Positions 12,120 through 25,739 of a DNA stretch of 64,000 nt are shown here, piece by piece. Position numbers and translations under genes: made by a program. The stretch covers positions 245,458,001 to 245,522,000 of the forward strand of contig OZ024743.1 of the NCBI GenBank assembly GCA_964016885.1, read 5' to 3'. Position 1 is the first letter of the stretch, and each line of letters starts with the position of its first letter. The stretch is from Eledone cirrhosa. Its lineage: Eukaryota. The notes below the pieces were generated by a model. That model saw nothing but the letters and a program-made list of their open reading frames with translations. It was not told where the DNA came from and made no database searches.

Positions 12120-14116
12120 TCACTGCTCGTAGAGGAAGGATGGTTTCTCCACCCTTCTCAATGCTTGTGGCCTCCTCCGGAAGGATGTTCTTATAAGCCT
12201 CCTGGAGTGTGTTTGTCGGAAGTCTCCGATGTCCTTGGGGAATTTTTGTTTTAGTGTCGTGTGCGTTTTCTGTTTGATGCGAGTGATTTGTATGTGTGGA
12301 GGTGGTGTGAATTTTTGGGTTGTTGTGTAGTCTTTTTCTGTGATGCTGGTGTTGTGTTGGATGTAGTGTAATAATTGGTTGTTCAAATTTAATGCTGTGT
12401 AGTGTGTATCGTTTTGGTTGTTTTGTTTTGTTTGCGTTTGTTGTGCGTTTGTTTCTGTTTCGCTTTTTGGTGATTTTTGTGGTGTTGGTGATGGTGGTAT
12501 TGGGGTTAATGATGGTGATGGTGTTGGTGTTTGTGGTGATGGGGTTGGTGATGCTGGTGTGGGTGGTGGGATAGCTGTCTTAACTTTTTTGTTTGTTTGC
12601 TTATTTGTTTCCCCCTGCATTTTGTTTTTGGAGGGCGAAGGAAGAGGATGTTTTTCTTTTTTGGGTTCTTTTTTCTTTTTCTTTTTTCCTGATACCATTT
12701 CCCACTCCTCATCGTCACAATCTGTCTCCAGTTGCGATAGGTTGGGGAGTGGAAAATCCTCCACAGGCGTTGGTTTTGGTTGTGGCGTGGTGGAAGCGCT
12801 GGTGCTAATTCTGGCGCGGTGGGTGGTGGTGGTGTTGGTTTTGCTACTATTGCTGCTACAGTTGCTGGGGTTGTTGCTGCTACAATTGTTTCTGTTGTTG
12901 CTGCTACAGTTGTTGCTGCTACAGTTGTTGCTGCCATTTCTGCTGCTGGTGGTTTTGATGGTTGAGTCACTGGGGTGGATAGGAGAGGTGGCCTCAACTT
13001 TTTAGCCTGAGAGCAGAAAGCCTTTAGGTGGGTTCCTTCGCCACAAACGACACACCTAGGCCCTCTACCCTCAACGATTACGGTGAGGTGGCCCCGTCAT
13101 TGAGGTCTATCACCTCTGGAATTTTCTCAATGTTTTTTTGGTCCGCTTGGATCAGGAGCTCCATCCAAGATCCGGACCAGATCTCCTGCTTTTCTTTTAT
13201 CACCTCAATTATTTTCGTGTTGGTCTCGATGCCGGTGAGGACCGCAGCCATTGGCCAGGGAATTTCGATGGCCGCGGAACGTATGTCACCCTGATCTTCA
13301 CGAGTCACTGACCACAATAGCTTGGGACGAGTGTTAACTCGTCACTTCTTAATGGGGCCATGGAGTGCTCTCTGGCTTCCTGTGGGATTCCAAAGAACAT
13401 GTCCATGGTTCCATATTTCTGCCCACGTCTGATGTGTGTTTTTTTCGCCCACACATGTCCCAAAGATTTTTGTATCTGGGACTCGGATGCCCGTTCCACT
13501 CGGCGTGATTTTGTGTTTATCGTCCGATATGACACGGTGCATAGGCGCCGATGCTCCATTTTATTAGATGGGGGGGGGGCTGACCCTGTGCCCATCTTTT
13601 TTTACCATTCTCTTGGCTTCATTTAATTCATCCTGGCTTACCACGATTGTTTCGCTTTTCTTGGCTGCTTTGGCAAACGACACATTTTGTTTTGCGCTGG
13701 TGTTGATGTTGTTGTTATTCTCATTGTTGTTGTTGTTGTTGCTGTTGTTGTTATTGTTAGTTTTGTTATTGTTATTTTAGTTTCAGTTGTTGTGGTGGTG
13801 GTGTTCTTGTCAGTGGGTTCGGAGTGGAAGAGTCGATTCTGGGGGAATCCATTTCAATGTCACGAGATAATAAATTTTTTTTTATTTCTGTTGTCGATGT
13901 GGTGGTGGTGGGGGTGGCGGCTTTAACACCTGCAGTTATTGGTAATGGCGGGAAATGAATGTCTGCATGTGACAAATTTAAATTATTTCCACTGCTTATA
14001 TTTTTAGTGTTGGCAACCGTAGTAATGGTTACAATGGTGGTGTTGGTGTGAGGTGTTAGTTTGTTAGGAAGGCTGTCAGCTTTGTGTGGCTGAGAGCCGT
14101 CCATGTTTTTTTTCAA
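12120..14116 (-). pseudogene. ORF1 (gag-like) with CCHC zinc knuckle, frameshifted
   Basis: CVVCGEGTHLKAFC (CX2CX4HX4C) near 13014-13055; RRVERASESQIQKSLG block homologous to copy 2 ORF1; Pro/Thr-rich tail. Confidence 0.8.
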
Positions 14117-14315
14117 AGAAAGTTTTACTTCGATAATTATAAAAGTTTAAATTTTGGGCTCAAGGCCCCAAATTTTTTAGTGTCCTTTTCAGAAAGCAAT
14201 ATATGTGAACTTATAAACACTTAACAACAAAAATGTTCCATAACTGGCAATTTGAAACAACTGAAAACAACAAACCTTTGCGGAGCTTACGATAATACGA
14301 TTTCTTACGTAGGCC

Positions 14316-14385
<70 letters not shown>

Positions 14386-17300
14386 GTTTCTTTATTGGCA
14401 ACAAGGGCTAACATGAAGAAAAACATTACAGACGGCACAGAACGGTACAGGACGATACAAAGTGGGTTTTGGCCGTGTAGAAAGTTTAAGATAGAAATGT
14501 GTAAAAACAAATTTATAAATTCAAACAACAAAAATTCCCCAAAAAGAGGGAAGCCTCCGAGGGTCATTCGTGGCGAATGACCACGGCCGCCCTGACCACA
14601 AGGGCAAGCGCCCTCTCTCAGTTTTCCCACTCCTCAGTCTACAGGCGCATACTCATAGCGGGCTCGTTCACTTGGACCAGACTCGCCACTTTCACCCACC
14701 TTTCAACAAACTTACTACAAGACAGAACTTGCCTCTCCACCCTGATTCTCCTCTTCAAGTGAAACTTGAAAAAGTTAATCAGGGATTGGCCGAAGAGGAA
14801 AGTGTCTGTCTTCAACCCTTTCAACCATGTCCACCACGCAATCTCTTTCGCCATGGCCACCAGGCAGATGAAAACTGCCTGCCCTTCCTCCTCTTTAAAG
14901 GAGGATGGCGGGGCTATCTGCACAATGGACTCAGTCGATAACCGGATCCGTCCTACACGCGACAGCAACTGTTCGACATAGCCCCACAAGTCAGCAATTC
15001 TCGGGAACTGAATGAGTGCGTGCACGACGGTTTCGTCGCCCCGCGCGCATCTCGGACAGACTCGGCTGACAGCACCTCCGTGCCTGTAGAGCTTATCCCG
15101 AACCGGCAACGCTTCCCGGTAGCACTGCCAGGCCAGGGATTTCTGGAAGTTGTCCATAGGCCCCGGGCTGAAAGTTCTCTTGAAGAGAGCGAACAGCTGA
15201 TCGTCCTCGACGTCCTGGGTCTCCCCGAGAACATCGTCGCTCTTCCCCTCCACTAGCCTTCTATAGAACGCCGAGGTGGATGTTCCACCGATACTAGTGC
15301 CCAGCTGGTAGAGGGCGGTGAGCACTTGGAGACATTCCAGCTTCCAAACTCTATCCCTCGGTCTTTTCCTGATCCAGGACTGCAGCTCCGTTAAGGAGAC
15401 GAGCTGGGGAAAAGCGCGTCTGGCAAACGGCGACCACACCTGTTCACCGCCAAGGAAGCACCAGATATGTCGCAGACTCAGCGCATGTTTGCGCATCATC
15501 AGCCACGGCATGCCGAGTCCTCTACGCAACGGGTGTTGACAGCAGATGGATCGTCTGACCATGGGAGCACGCCCCTTCCACAAAAAGCGGAAGAGAAAGC
15601 GCTCCATTTTGGTCAGAGTTGGGCGAGGGCAAGGTTCGATCGTCAGGCAGTAGCAGATGACAGACGCGATTTTCGCAATCGCCACCTCCGTTCGACCTTT
15701 CAGAGACAGCCTCCTCTCGGCCCATTTCTGGGTAAGAAAAGCCACCCTGCTCGTCACCTCGCTCCAGTTTTTCTCCATCTTGAGGTCCGGACCGAACCAG
15801 ACCCCGAGCAATTTAACCGGTCCTTCCGTCCAGCGGCCCACGATGCTGTCGGACGGCAAGGACTTGCCTCTCCAGGTGCCGAGTTGCAAGCCCACCGACT
15901 TTCCTGGTTTATCTTTGCTCCTGTCCCCGCTTCGTATTTCTTGAGAGCGGTGCTGAGCATCTGGACGTGTTTGGTGCTCGACACCACCACGGTGACGTCG
16001 TCGGCGTAAGCTGACACGGATCTCTCGCATCCTAGTTCGCGTGGGAACCCCCCTCATCATCTTCAATTTGTGCAGTAACGGCTCGAGGGCCAATACGTAC
16101 ACGAGGGACGAGAGGGAACAACCCTGGCGGACCGAGCGCATGATGCTGAAAGGCTGCGAGAGGTGACCATTTACCCTCACAATCGAGCAGATGTCACTGT
16201 GCATCGTAGCGATCCAGCCCCTAAAAACGGGCCCGAAGCCGGCCGCCTCAGGGACCGCAGCCATGTGTTGATGGTCAACCCCATCAAATGCTTTAGATTG
16301 ATCCAAGTTGATCAGGGCCCCACCCGTGCCAGGTTCCTTAAACACCCTCTCTATGATGTATCGCATGAGATGGAGGTTGTGAATGGATCTGTCCGGAATG
16401 GCGCATGTCTGCGTCTCTCCCACCAGATCACCGACGACAGCGCCAATCTCTTTTCTAACACCTTGGTCAAAATCTTAAACTCTGCGTTTAGCAGAGTTAT
16501 GGGACTGAAGTTGTCTATAACGTCCCCCTTGTTCGGGTTTTTTCTCAGCAGCGCCACCGCTCCCCGGCTCACAAAACTGGGAATGTTCCCGTTCTGCTGC
16601 CAGTTGCAGTAGATATCTGCCAAGAGGTCGCCGAACAAGTCTGGCATATACATATAAACTCGAGGGCAGACCATCCAAACCTGGCGATTTACCCCTCGTG
16701 CAGTCAGACATCGCTTCCCGTATTTCACCTGCTGTTATCGGCTTTTCGCAGTACTGCGCTGCGGTCATCGAGAGCCGCGGCAGTCCGTTGAAGTATGCAC
16801 CGAAGCCCATACTCCGATCCGGCCCGCCGCCGCTCCCGAACAACTGAGTGCTGTTGAAAAGCCGCACCCATCTGCTCGGGTTCGAGCAGCATGCGCCCGT
16901 TTTGATCAGGCAAAGACCGAATTGTGGACTTGTTACCACGTCGCGCTTCCACCACCCGGGCCCATTGAACAGCTTTCGTCCCCTCGTGACTTAGAGCACG
17001 CGCTCTAGCTCTAACAACGCAGCCTTAATGCTTTGCGTTGAAGAATTGGTCGAGTGCCAATCTCGCCCCAAACACGTCGGTTGCGATGCCTGTCCTAAAA
17101 GCCTCTTCTAGCTTTCTAACTAGCTCTCCTTCTACTCTATTTTCCTCTATCACTACTCCTTTGCTAAACTTTATCGATTCTACTCTAATAGCCCTTTTCA
17201 TGGTAAACCACCACCTGTTGTTGACGATCGCACCCGTCCACGCACGCTTAACTAATTCGCTAATTCGGTCTCTATAAGATTTGCGTGCCGGGAAAGACGC

Positions 17301-19940
17301 GTTCAGCTTCCAGTAATCGGGCCCTTGCCTATGGAGTCTATCTAAGTCAACTTCACAGATCACAAATTTGTGGTCCGTGTAGTCGACTACTTTAAATTGT
17401 GGACAACCTACACTAGCCTTATCTGTTTCCCTACAGAATACCCTATCTAAATACAATCTGGATGACCCGATGCGGTTTGCCCATGTCCACATTGGCACAT
17501 TCGGATAATCCAATCTATACCATATTGAGCAGAGGTTGTTGGGGCTTTTACACCCTCCTCCCCTGTCTACTAGCCCCACATAATCCCAGCGTGCATCTGA
17601 GATACCGTCCCAGTCGCCCACTAACACTAAAGAGCGAGACGTTCCAAGAAAGGTCTATAGACGTCTGAAGAAATCAGGCCGGCCTGCCCCTGTTAGGGCG
17701 TAGACGGCCACTAGCCTGAAAGCATTGCCGGTCACGTCCAGCACCACCGACTTACCTTCTGGATCCAGGAAGATGGCTCGTATGGCGAGATCCAAGCCTC
17801 TCCGAAAAAGCACAGCAACTCCTCCCCCCGATCCCGGACGGCTGGGAGATGCGTATACATCGTAGCCGCCGAAGATCGGTGCGAAGGCTCGTGCTTCCGA
17901 GAATTCTGGTCTCGCTGATGGCCACCGCATCTATGTTTAGTGACCTGAGGTCGTTGAGCAGGTGACCCTACTTCCAAGATGATTCCAGGCCACGTACATT
18001 TACACTACCTATTCTGAGTACGGCCATACTGGGTGAGGAACGGGTAAGTGAGAAGGGATCACTTACCTTGATCGGCTGGTCATGTGTGTCTCCAAGATGA
18101 TATCTGTATAGATTCTCTTGGAGAGTGACCCTCTGAAATCCCCAACGCAGTCCGAGAATTTTTGCTTTAATTGTTTATAGTCTTCCAGTTTAATTTCGAC
18201 AATTGTAATGTTTTGGGGTAATGTTCTTGGTGGGGTGTGGTAATTCAAGTCTGAAATATCGGTGTGCTGTTTTATGTTCCATTAATCCTTTGTGTGCAGT
18301 GTTTATGGCTGTGTACTTTTTTGGTGTGTGTGTGGGAGGGGGGGGGGGGGGGCTGTTTTCTTGTTGCTGTTAGGTGTGTGTGCTTTGTTGTGTTTGCAAT
18401 GTTGCTGTTTGTGGTGATGTTTGTGGTGGTGTGGTTGTTGTTGGTGGTTATGCTTGTGGTGGTGATGGTGATGGCGGTGGTGTTGCTGCAAGTCTCCTTG
18501 CAGCCTTTACCCCTCTTTCTTTGCCTTCGCTTTTGGAGGGAGAAGCTGTGGTGTTTTTGCATTTGTTTTTTTTTGAAAACCGTTTTCCACTCCTCAGCCG
18601 CCTCATACTCCATGTCCGACTGTGAGAGATCGGGGAGGGGTATGAGTTCTACCCTCTCATTTGTCTTTGTTGTTGTTGGTGGTGGTGGTGGAGCCTGGTC
18701 TGCCGTTCTTGGCACGGGTGAAGCTAGTGCAACTGTTTCTGTTGCTACTCTTTCTGCCGCTGTTTTTGTTGTCCGTGGCTTTGGTATGGGTGCCACGGAC
18801 GTTGTCTTACTCTCTGTTTAAGATCCCGACTTTTTCGCTGACTGCTCTGTTTCTGATGGTAGCGGTTCCGGCGTTGGAAGGAGGGGGACATTAGTCTTTG
18901 TTATTTTCTGTGGGTAGAAGACCCTGAGGTGAGACTTCGATCCACAATGAAGCACTTCCTTCCACAGATATGCGAAGTTAGAAGCCATTCCCGAGGTCTA
19001 TTACGTCGGGAATAGCGTTGATGCAGTCCTGGTCGGTTTGGATGAGCATCTCAATTGCAATACCGGACCAGTCCTCTCTCCCCAACTTCTATACCTGCAG
19101 AATGTTTGTTCTATCTTCGATGCCCGCAAGAATAGATACGACCAGCCAAGGCATGGATACGTAGTGCGGGACCTGGGTTACCCTGACCTTTGCAATTTTT
19201 TCCCCGCAGTAAAATGGGACTAATGTTATGTCATCACTCCGTAGGGTCCTCAGTGAGTATGATTTTGATTCTTGGGTGGTAGCAAAAAGGACTTCCACGG
19301 TAGCATATTTCTTGCCTCGCGTGATGTGGATTTTCCGTGCCCACACAGTTCCCAAGGCTTTCTGGATTTGGGCCTCAGAAGCTCTCTCCACACGATGCGA
19401 TTTCGTGGCAATTGTGTGGTATGACACTATGCGTCGCTCTTGTTCCTCCAGGAAATCGGTTGGTGGTTTCAAGGACACTGAAAATTCAGTTCTGCTTACC
19501 ATGTGTCTTGCGAGCGCCATCTCCTCCTCTGTGACCAGGACTGTTTATACGTTACGAGCGACCGTTGCAAAAGAGATGGTCCCTTTTTCAGTGGCATTAT
19601 TGTTGCCGCCGCTACTGCTGATACTGGTCTTGTTGTTGGTGCTGTTGCTGTTGCTACTGCTACAAATGGTGTTGTTGGTGTTGTTGCTGTCACCACTGTT
19701 GCAGTTGGTTGTGTTTTTGGTGCCACCGTTGTTGTTGTTCTCGGTGCAGTCTGTATTGTTGCTGTTGGTGTTGTCGCTATTTATTTTCTTGTTACTGGTG
19801 TTAATATCGTTGTTGAATTTATTGTCATTTTTTTTTCTGTTGTCTGTATTTTGGTTGTCGCTGTTACTGTTGTGGTTGGTGTGGTTATTTTATTAAAATT
19901 AGTGTTTTCAGTGTTGTTGTCGTTGCTGTCTTTGTTCACG
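14316..19940 (-). mobile_element. Tx1-like LINE, copy 2 (different subfamily), near full length with 3' UTR and (ATT)n tail
   Basis: ORF1 about 19900-18063; ORF2 18027-14639 (MAVLRIGSVNVRGL, YADD, C-terminal CPRC..ETVVHAL); AATAAA then (ATT)n at 14316-14384. Confidence 0.92.
14639..18027 (-). pseudogene. ORF2: APE, RT and C-terminal zinc-finger region, frameshifted
   Basis: Fragments 17655-17930, 17025-17627, 16351-16728, 15754-16017 and 14639-16423 align with copy 1. Confidence 0.92.
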
Positions 19941-19959
19941 TTGTTTGTGGTGGTGTCCT

Positions 19960-21180
19960 GTTAATCAGGGCTTCGCTGAAGAGGAAAGTGCTTGTCTTCA
20001 ACCCTTTCAAATGTGTCCACCACACGACCTCTTTCGCCATGGCCACCAAGCAGATAAAAACCGCCTGCCCTTCCCGACTAAAGGAAGGTGGTTGGGTAAT
20101 CTTCACGATGTACTCAGTTGATAGCCGGATCCGTCCACACGTGACAGCAGGTGTTCGACATAAACCCACAAGTCAGCAATGCTTGGACACGCGACTACTG
20201 CGAATATGACGGTTACGTCGCCCTGAGCGCATCTTGGAAAAATCCGGCTGACAGCTCTTCCATGCTTGTAGAGTTTATCTCTAGCTGGCAATGCTCGCCC
20301 GTAGCACTGCCAGGCCAGGGATTTCTGGAAGTTGTCCATGGGCCCTGAAACGAAACTTCTCCAGAAAAGATTGGCTAATTGCTTATTATCGACACCTAAA
20401 ATCTCCCCAACAATGTGTCGCTTTTACCTTCTACTAACCCCACTTCCCGGCAAGGTGGAGTCTCCATCGTATTGCCCAATTAGCTGAAGACTATGAGCGC
20501 TTGATGACATTCCAGTCTCCAAGCGCTTCCTTTCGGTCTTCGTTTGACTCAGGATTGCAGCTCCTTCGAGGAAACGAGCTGGGAAAAAACGTGTCTAGCG
20601 AACGGTGACCACACCTGTTCACTGTCAAGAAAGATTAGGAGATGCTGTAGCCTCAGCGCATGCTTGTGCATCATCAACCATACCATGCCCAGTCCTCCAC
20701 GTAGTGGGTGTTGACAGCAGATGCGCCGCATGACCAGTGGAACCTGTTCCTTCCATAAAAAGCGAAAGATTATGCGCTCCTGTGCAATCCGACGTGGACT
20801 GGCACAAGGCTCAATGATCAGGCAGTAGTAGATGACAGACGCGATGTACGGGTTGGCCACCTCTGATTGCCCTTTCAGAGATAGCTTCTTCTCAGCCCAT
20901 TTCTAGATGAGAGAGGCCACCCTGTTCATTAGCTCGTCCCAGTTTTTGTCCATCTGGAGGTCGGGACCAAACCAGACCGTCTAGTGCCCGACGATGCCGT
21001 TGGACGTCATGGACCTGCCTCTCCGATAGCCGGATCCGTTCTACACGTGACAACACCTGTTCGACATAACTCCATAAGTCAGTAATGCACGGACACTGGA
21101 TGAGTGTGTACAGAACGGTTTCGTCGCTCTGCGCGCATCTCGGGTAGGTCCATCTAACAGCACTTCCGTGCCTGTAGAGT
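19960..21180 (-). mobile_element. Tx1-like ORF2 C-terminal fragments (copy 3, rearranged)
   Basis: MDNFQKSLAWQCY, CCQHPLRGGLGM and AVFICLVAMAKEVVWWT repeated from copy 2. Confidence 0.85.
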
Positions 21181-21789
21181 TAATAATAGGCTCGGGCTGA
21201 ATAACATCATGGATGCCTATAACGAAGCAAGATTTGAAATAAATCGGACACCATCGACAAAATAATAGATATACTAAGAAAACGAAAGGGAAACATAATG
21301 GACGAGAACCAACAAGGCCCACAAAAAATAAATTTTATACACGTATCGTCCTTATAACAATTTTCTTTATTAAAATTGCGACCACGTGAGTAAAATGAAA
21401 CAAGTTGAAAATCAGCCGCAACATCACACGGAGAGTTTGAAATGAAAATAAGCAGTATATCGATACACGTACGCAACAACATTTACTGATTGTATTACAA
21501 TTTTCTTCATCAAAATTGTGACCTCGTGAGTAAAATACAACTTAGCTGTAACATCATACAGAGTGTTAGAAATGAAAACAAACAGTGTGTCGATACACAT
21601 AAGTAACAAAATTTACTGACTCTATTACAAAAGCTTGTATTATAAACACAACGAAAAATGTACACAAAACAATCACACAGATGTACAGGTGTTCGTTCTT
21701 TGAACTTAAAGAAAAAAGTGTATCATAACCAATGCATACAAAAACGTAGAAACACAGAAGCACAAAAGCCGATACCCAACAAAAATGAT

Positions 21790-22098
21790 AACGATCTAAA
21801 TAATGGGCGGGACTCCAACCCTCAAATACCACTAATAAAATCAAATAGAAACAAATGGACAACTGAGGAATATGCTTCAATCATACACGCGTACCTTACG
21901 GCGACATTATACCCTAAAAACGAAAACACAACACACACACATACAATTTGGCAGAAAAACAACCCACATTCTCAGTTGATACTCGACCCTAATAAACTAG
22001 CAAATTTAAGGAGATACATATTTAAAAATATATACATCAGACATGGATATCGAACAATTAAAAGAACATTCATAACGAAAACACAAATAACACAATAA
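21790..22098 (+). pseudogene. N-terminal fragment of an R4/Dong-like LINE ORF
   Basis: RNKWTTEEYASIIHAYL..LDPNKLANLRRYI resembles R4/Dong N-termini (from memory). Confidence 0.45.
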
Positions 22099-22792
22099 TT
22101 AACGGATATAAACATATATAGAATTTAAAACGTGATGTAAAAACAATAATTGTTTCTACTAGCGCATTGATAGGCAGGCCGTGCGTGATTTGGCTAAGTC
22201 AGGCCAATCGCGAGCCGCGGACGGATATGTATTTTCAACTTCCGCCTAAACGGAGACTTTCCCGCGACTTTCGATAAACTCGATCTCTTGTTACTTCAAC
22301 CGTAGAAAGGTAAACAACCATTTTTCTTTCTTTTGCCGTGAAACCACTAGCCAATATGTAACACCACAACATAACTGCGGCTCTGGCCAACACCTCAGCC
22401 AGTGGACCGTACCTTCTGGACTCTTAATTTGTTTGTTCATTTGTTTTGGCATGCCAACTCAACCTTTGTAAATAAATTATGTAAAAACATGCTAAAGTCT
22501 TGTGATGCTATTTACCACAGCCATGCCTTTAAACGTGATACTTTCCAGAGTTATTATCACAGCAGCAACAGAACCCGAGACTTACAGCCGAACCTCAATT
22601 CAGCTTACATTTATTGATATAACAAACCATACCTTTCCTGTTACAACAAACTACATATTGTCGTTGATATTATTACTACATGGCATAATATTATTTGATA
22701 GCTAAATTGGTGACTATTAAATGTCTGCTGTATTGGTGACCTCTGTTGATACATACAAATACAAGATACAAATATTCTTATTATGGTGGATT

Positions 22793-22985
22793 GGCGGTGG
22801 ATTGGCAGTATCGGTAGAGAGTCGGACGCCATGCTTTCCAGCATAGTTACGTCCCTTTACGGTCTGAGTTCAAATCCCGCCGAGGTTAACTTTGCCTTTC
22901 ATCCTTACGGGATCGATAAAATAAAGTACCAGTAATGTACTGGGTAATTGCTGGCCTTATGCCAAAAGTAGAAACAATTATTATT
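22793..22985 (+). mobile_element. tRNA-derived SINE; other copies at 23017-23190(-), 25413-25555(-), 25575-25720(-), 31487-31595(+) and 51948-52140(+)
   Basis: A-box-like TGGCAG(T/A)ATCGGTAGAG, B-box GAGTTCAAATCC, core GGTTAACTTTGCCTTTCATCC..GATAAAATAAAGTACCAGT, tail AAAAGTAGAAACAATTATT. Confidence 0.8.
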
Positions 22986-23214
22986 ATCATTTTATATACT
23001 TCTAAACTATTTTTGACACAAGGCCAGCAATTATCTCAGTTCATTACTGGTACTTTATTTTATCGACCCCGTGAGGATGAAAGGCTAAGTTAATCTCGGC
23101 GGGATTTGAACTCAGACCGTAAAGAGCCGTAACTCTATGCTGCAAAACATGGTGTTCGACTTTCTACCGATACTGCCAATCGACCGCCCTAAAAACAATA
23201 ATAATAATAGAATA

Positions 23215-23390
23215 TTTCGTGTCAAGAAGTTGGAAGAAGATCACCAAGTCCTCCAAATTGAAAGTCGAGATGACAAGACTGTTTGGAATGTGTGTGGGTA
23301 ATGTGAAAGTGATACCAGTTGTAATCGGGGCATTAGGGTTAATCCCATTGAAGCTCCAAGACTTCTTAAAGCGGTTGGGAATACCATGCA
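23215..23390 (+). mobile_element. C-terminal RLE fragment of an R4/Dong-like LINE
   Basis: LKVEMTRLFG..VKVIPVVIGALGLIP. Confidence 0.55.
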
Positions 23391-23409
23391 AATATTAGCC
23401 TTACCACCT

Positions 23410-24198
23410 CCAATCTACAGGCGCATACTCAGAACGAGCCCATTCATCCGGACCTTGCTCGCACGCTCTCATTCACCTTTCAACAAAAACACAAAAAAAA
23501 AACTTCTTCTAGTGAAACCTGAAAATGTTTATCAGGGCTTCGCCGAAGAGGAAGGTGCTTGTCTTCAACCCTTTCAAGCGTGTCGACCACCGACCTCTTT
23601 CGTTATGGTCACCAAGCAAATAAAACAGCCTGCCCTTCCTATCTAAAAGAATAATAACAATAATTATTTAGGGTGAGGGCACAAGACCCCAAGCCATTAG
23701 GCACAATGAAAGGACACAAAAAAAAAGCACACATAGAAAGGAAAGGCTGACATCACCGAAGAGAAAACAGTAGTTATAACAATAATAGAAATATTTAAAA
23801 TATATTCATGATAATAGAACGCAATAATAACAAATGTCAACTAAGACTAGTTCTCCAATCAAGGTATACTTGGACCCCATACTGCCGAACTTCTCTGCAA
23901 GATCGGAGCGTCGGCAGCCCGTCTGAGGAGGGAGCCCCGCGAGGATGGGTGGCTGTTGCAGCGGGTGTCACTGTTGCCATCGTCCACGGGAATGCTTTTG
24001 TCGTCTTGTCAGCGGGGCGCAGCACTTCTGTTCCCTTGCCCAAAGCCCAATCACCCTCATCCTCACCCTCACCCCCTCTCTTCTGCGACACCAGAGCTCT
24101 TGCCATCCCCTCCCTTTCCCCGTTCTTCTTCTTCTTCTTCTTCTTCTTCTTCTTCTTCTTCTTCTTCTTCTTCTTCTTCTTCTTCTTCTTCTTCTTCT

Positions 24199-24238
<40 letters not shown>

Positions 24239-25090
24239 TATATTTCCTTATTCTCCCCCCGCCCCCTCCTTTTTATTACTAAATAAGGTTTGTTTTTTGC
24301 TTTTGAATAAATTCCTTCACTAACCCTGCATAGAAAGTCAGCGTTATTTTCGAGTCACTGATTGTCTTGTTTGGTTGATAGAGTGCCGTAAGGGCCTGGC
24401 AGCATTCTTCGTGCGAGACGCTTATTTTCCGCCTGCGCATGACTCAGGACTTCAGAGACGATCTGCGGAAAAACGTGTCAAACGAAAGGCGCTCACGCCG
24501 GTTCGTCGTTACGAAAGTTGGGTTATATTTTGCAGGTGCAACAGCCTCAGTGCGTGGCGGCGCATCGTAAGTGATAACATCCCGAGACCTCCATGGCGTA
24601 CTGAGGGATTTCCTGACCAATGGAACTTGTCCCTTCCACAAGAAATGAAAGAGTATGCGTTCCAACCTGGTCAGATGTTTCTTTAGACGAGATATGACGG
24701 TCAGATGGTAGTAAACCAATGAGGCGATGTTCACCACTTTAGTCCGAAATTTCGGGGACTGCATTCTCTCAGTACATTTCTGAGTGAGACTGGTCACCCT
24801 GATCGTGACCTATTTTCAGTTTTTGTCCATCTGGAGGTCCGGTCAAAACTGAACCCTGAGCACTATAACAGGGCCTTAGGTCCAGCTACAGAAATTTCTA
24901 CTGACCGAGATAGACTTGCCTTTCCACAAGCCGAATTATAAGCCAACTGACTTGTTCCAGTTTATGTGTGCACCCTTACCTGCTGGTATTCTTACTTAGC
25001 GTATACCACCTTCACCCCTGATGCGTCTGACACAATGACAGTGACGTCACCGGGAAAGGCAGTGACGGTTCTCACGTAGTCCAGTTCCAG
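23410..25090 (-). mobile_element. Degraded Tx1-like fragments separated by a (TTC)n tract
   Basis: 23415-23640 matches the copy 2 ORF2 end; 24440-25090 matches the RT thumb (LERILFHFLWKGQVPLVR). Confidence 0.7.
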
Positions 25091-25091
25091 C

Positions 25092-25291
25092 NNNNNNNNN
25101 NNNNNNNNNNNNNNNNNNNNNNNNNNNNNNNNNNNNNNNNNNNNNNNNNNNNNNNNNNNNNNNNNNNNNNNNNNNNNNNNNNNNNNNNNNNNNNNNNNNN
25201 NNNNNNNNNNNNNNNNNNNNNNNNNNNNNNNNNNNNNNNNNNNNNNNNNNNNNNNNNNNNNNNNNNNNNNNNNNNNNNNNNNNNNNNNNNN
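25092..25291. other. Assembly gap (200 N)
   Basis: N run. Confidence 1.
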
Positions 25292-25739
25292 GTTGGTTTG
25301 TTTCTTGCTATTGTCTTCGTTTTATCTTCCTTCCTTGTCACTGTTGTTGTTTTCCTTGTTGTTGTAAATCTTATGATTGATGTTGTAGTTCAGCCAATCC
25401 ACTGAACAATAATCGTTTCTTCTTTAGGTACAAGACCAACAATTTTGGGGGAGGGGAGAGTCAATTAGATCGAACCCAGTGTATTACTGGTACTTTATGT
25501 CACCGACCCTGTAAGGATGAAAAGCAAAGCTAACCTCGGCGGGATTAGCTTTGCCTGAACAATAATAATAATTGCTTCTACTTTAGGCACAAGGCCAGTA
25601 ATTCTGGGAGAAGGGAAAGTCGATTAAATCGACACCAGTGCATGATTGGTACTTTATTTTATCAACCCCATAAAGATAAAAGGCAAAGCTAACCTCGGTG
25701 GGATTAGCTTTGCCTGAACAATAATAATAAAGATACCAA

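Larger units (their letters stand above)
9070..14190 (-). mobile_element. Tx1-like (L1 clade) non-LTR retrotransposon, copy 1, 3'-truncated
   Basis: ORF1 and APE-RT ORF2 listed separately; several frameshifts. Confidence 0.9.
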
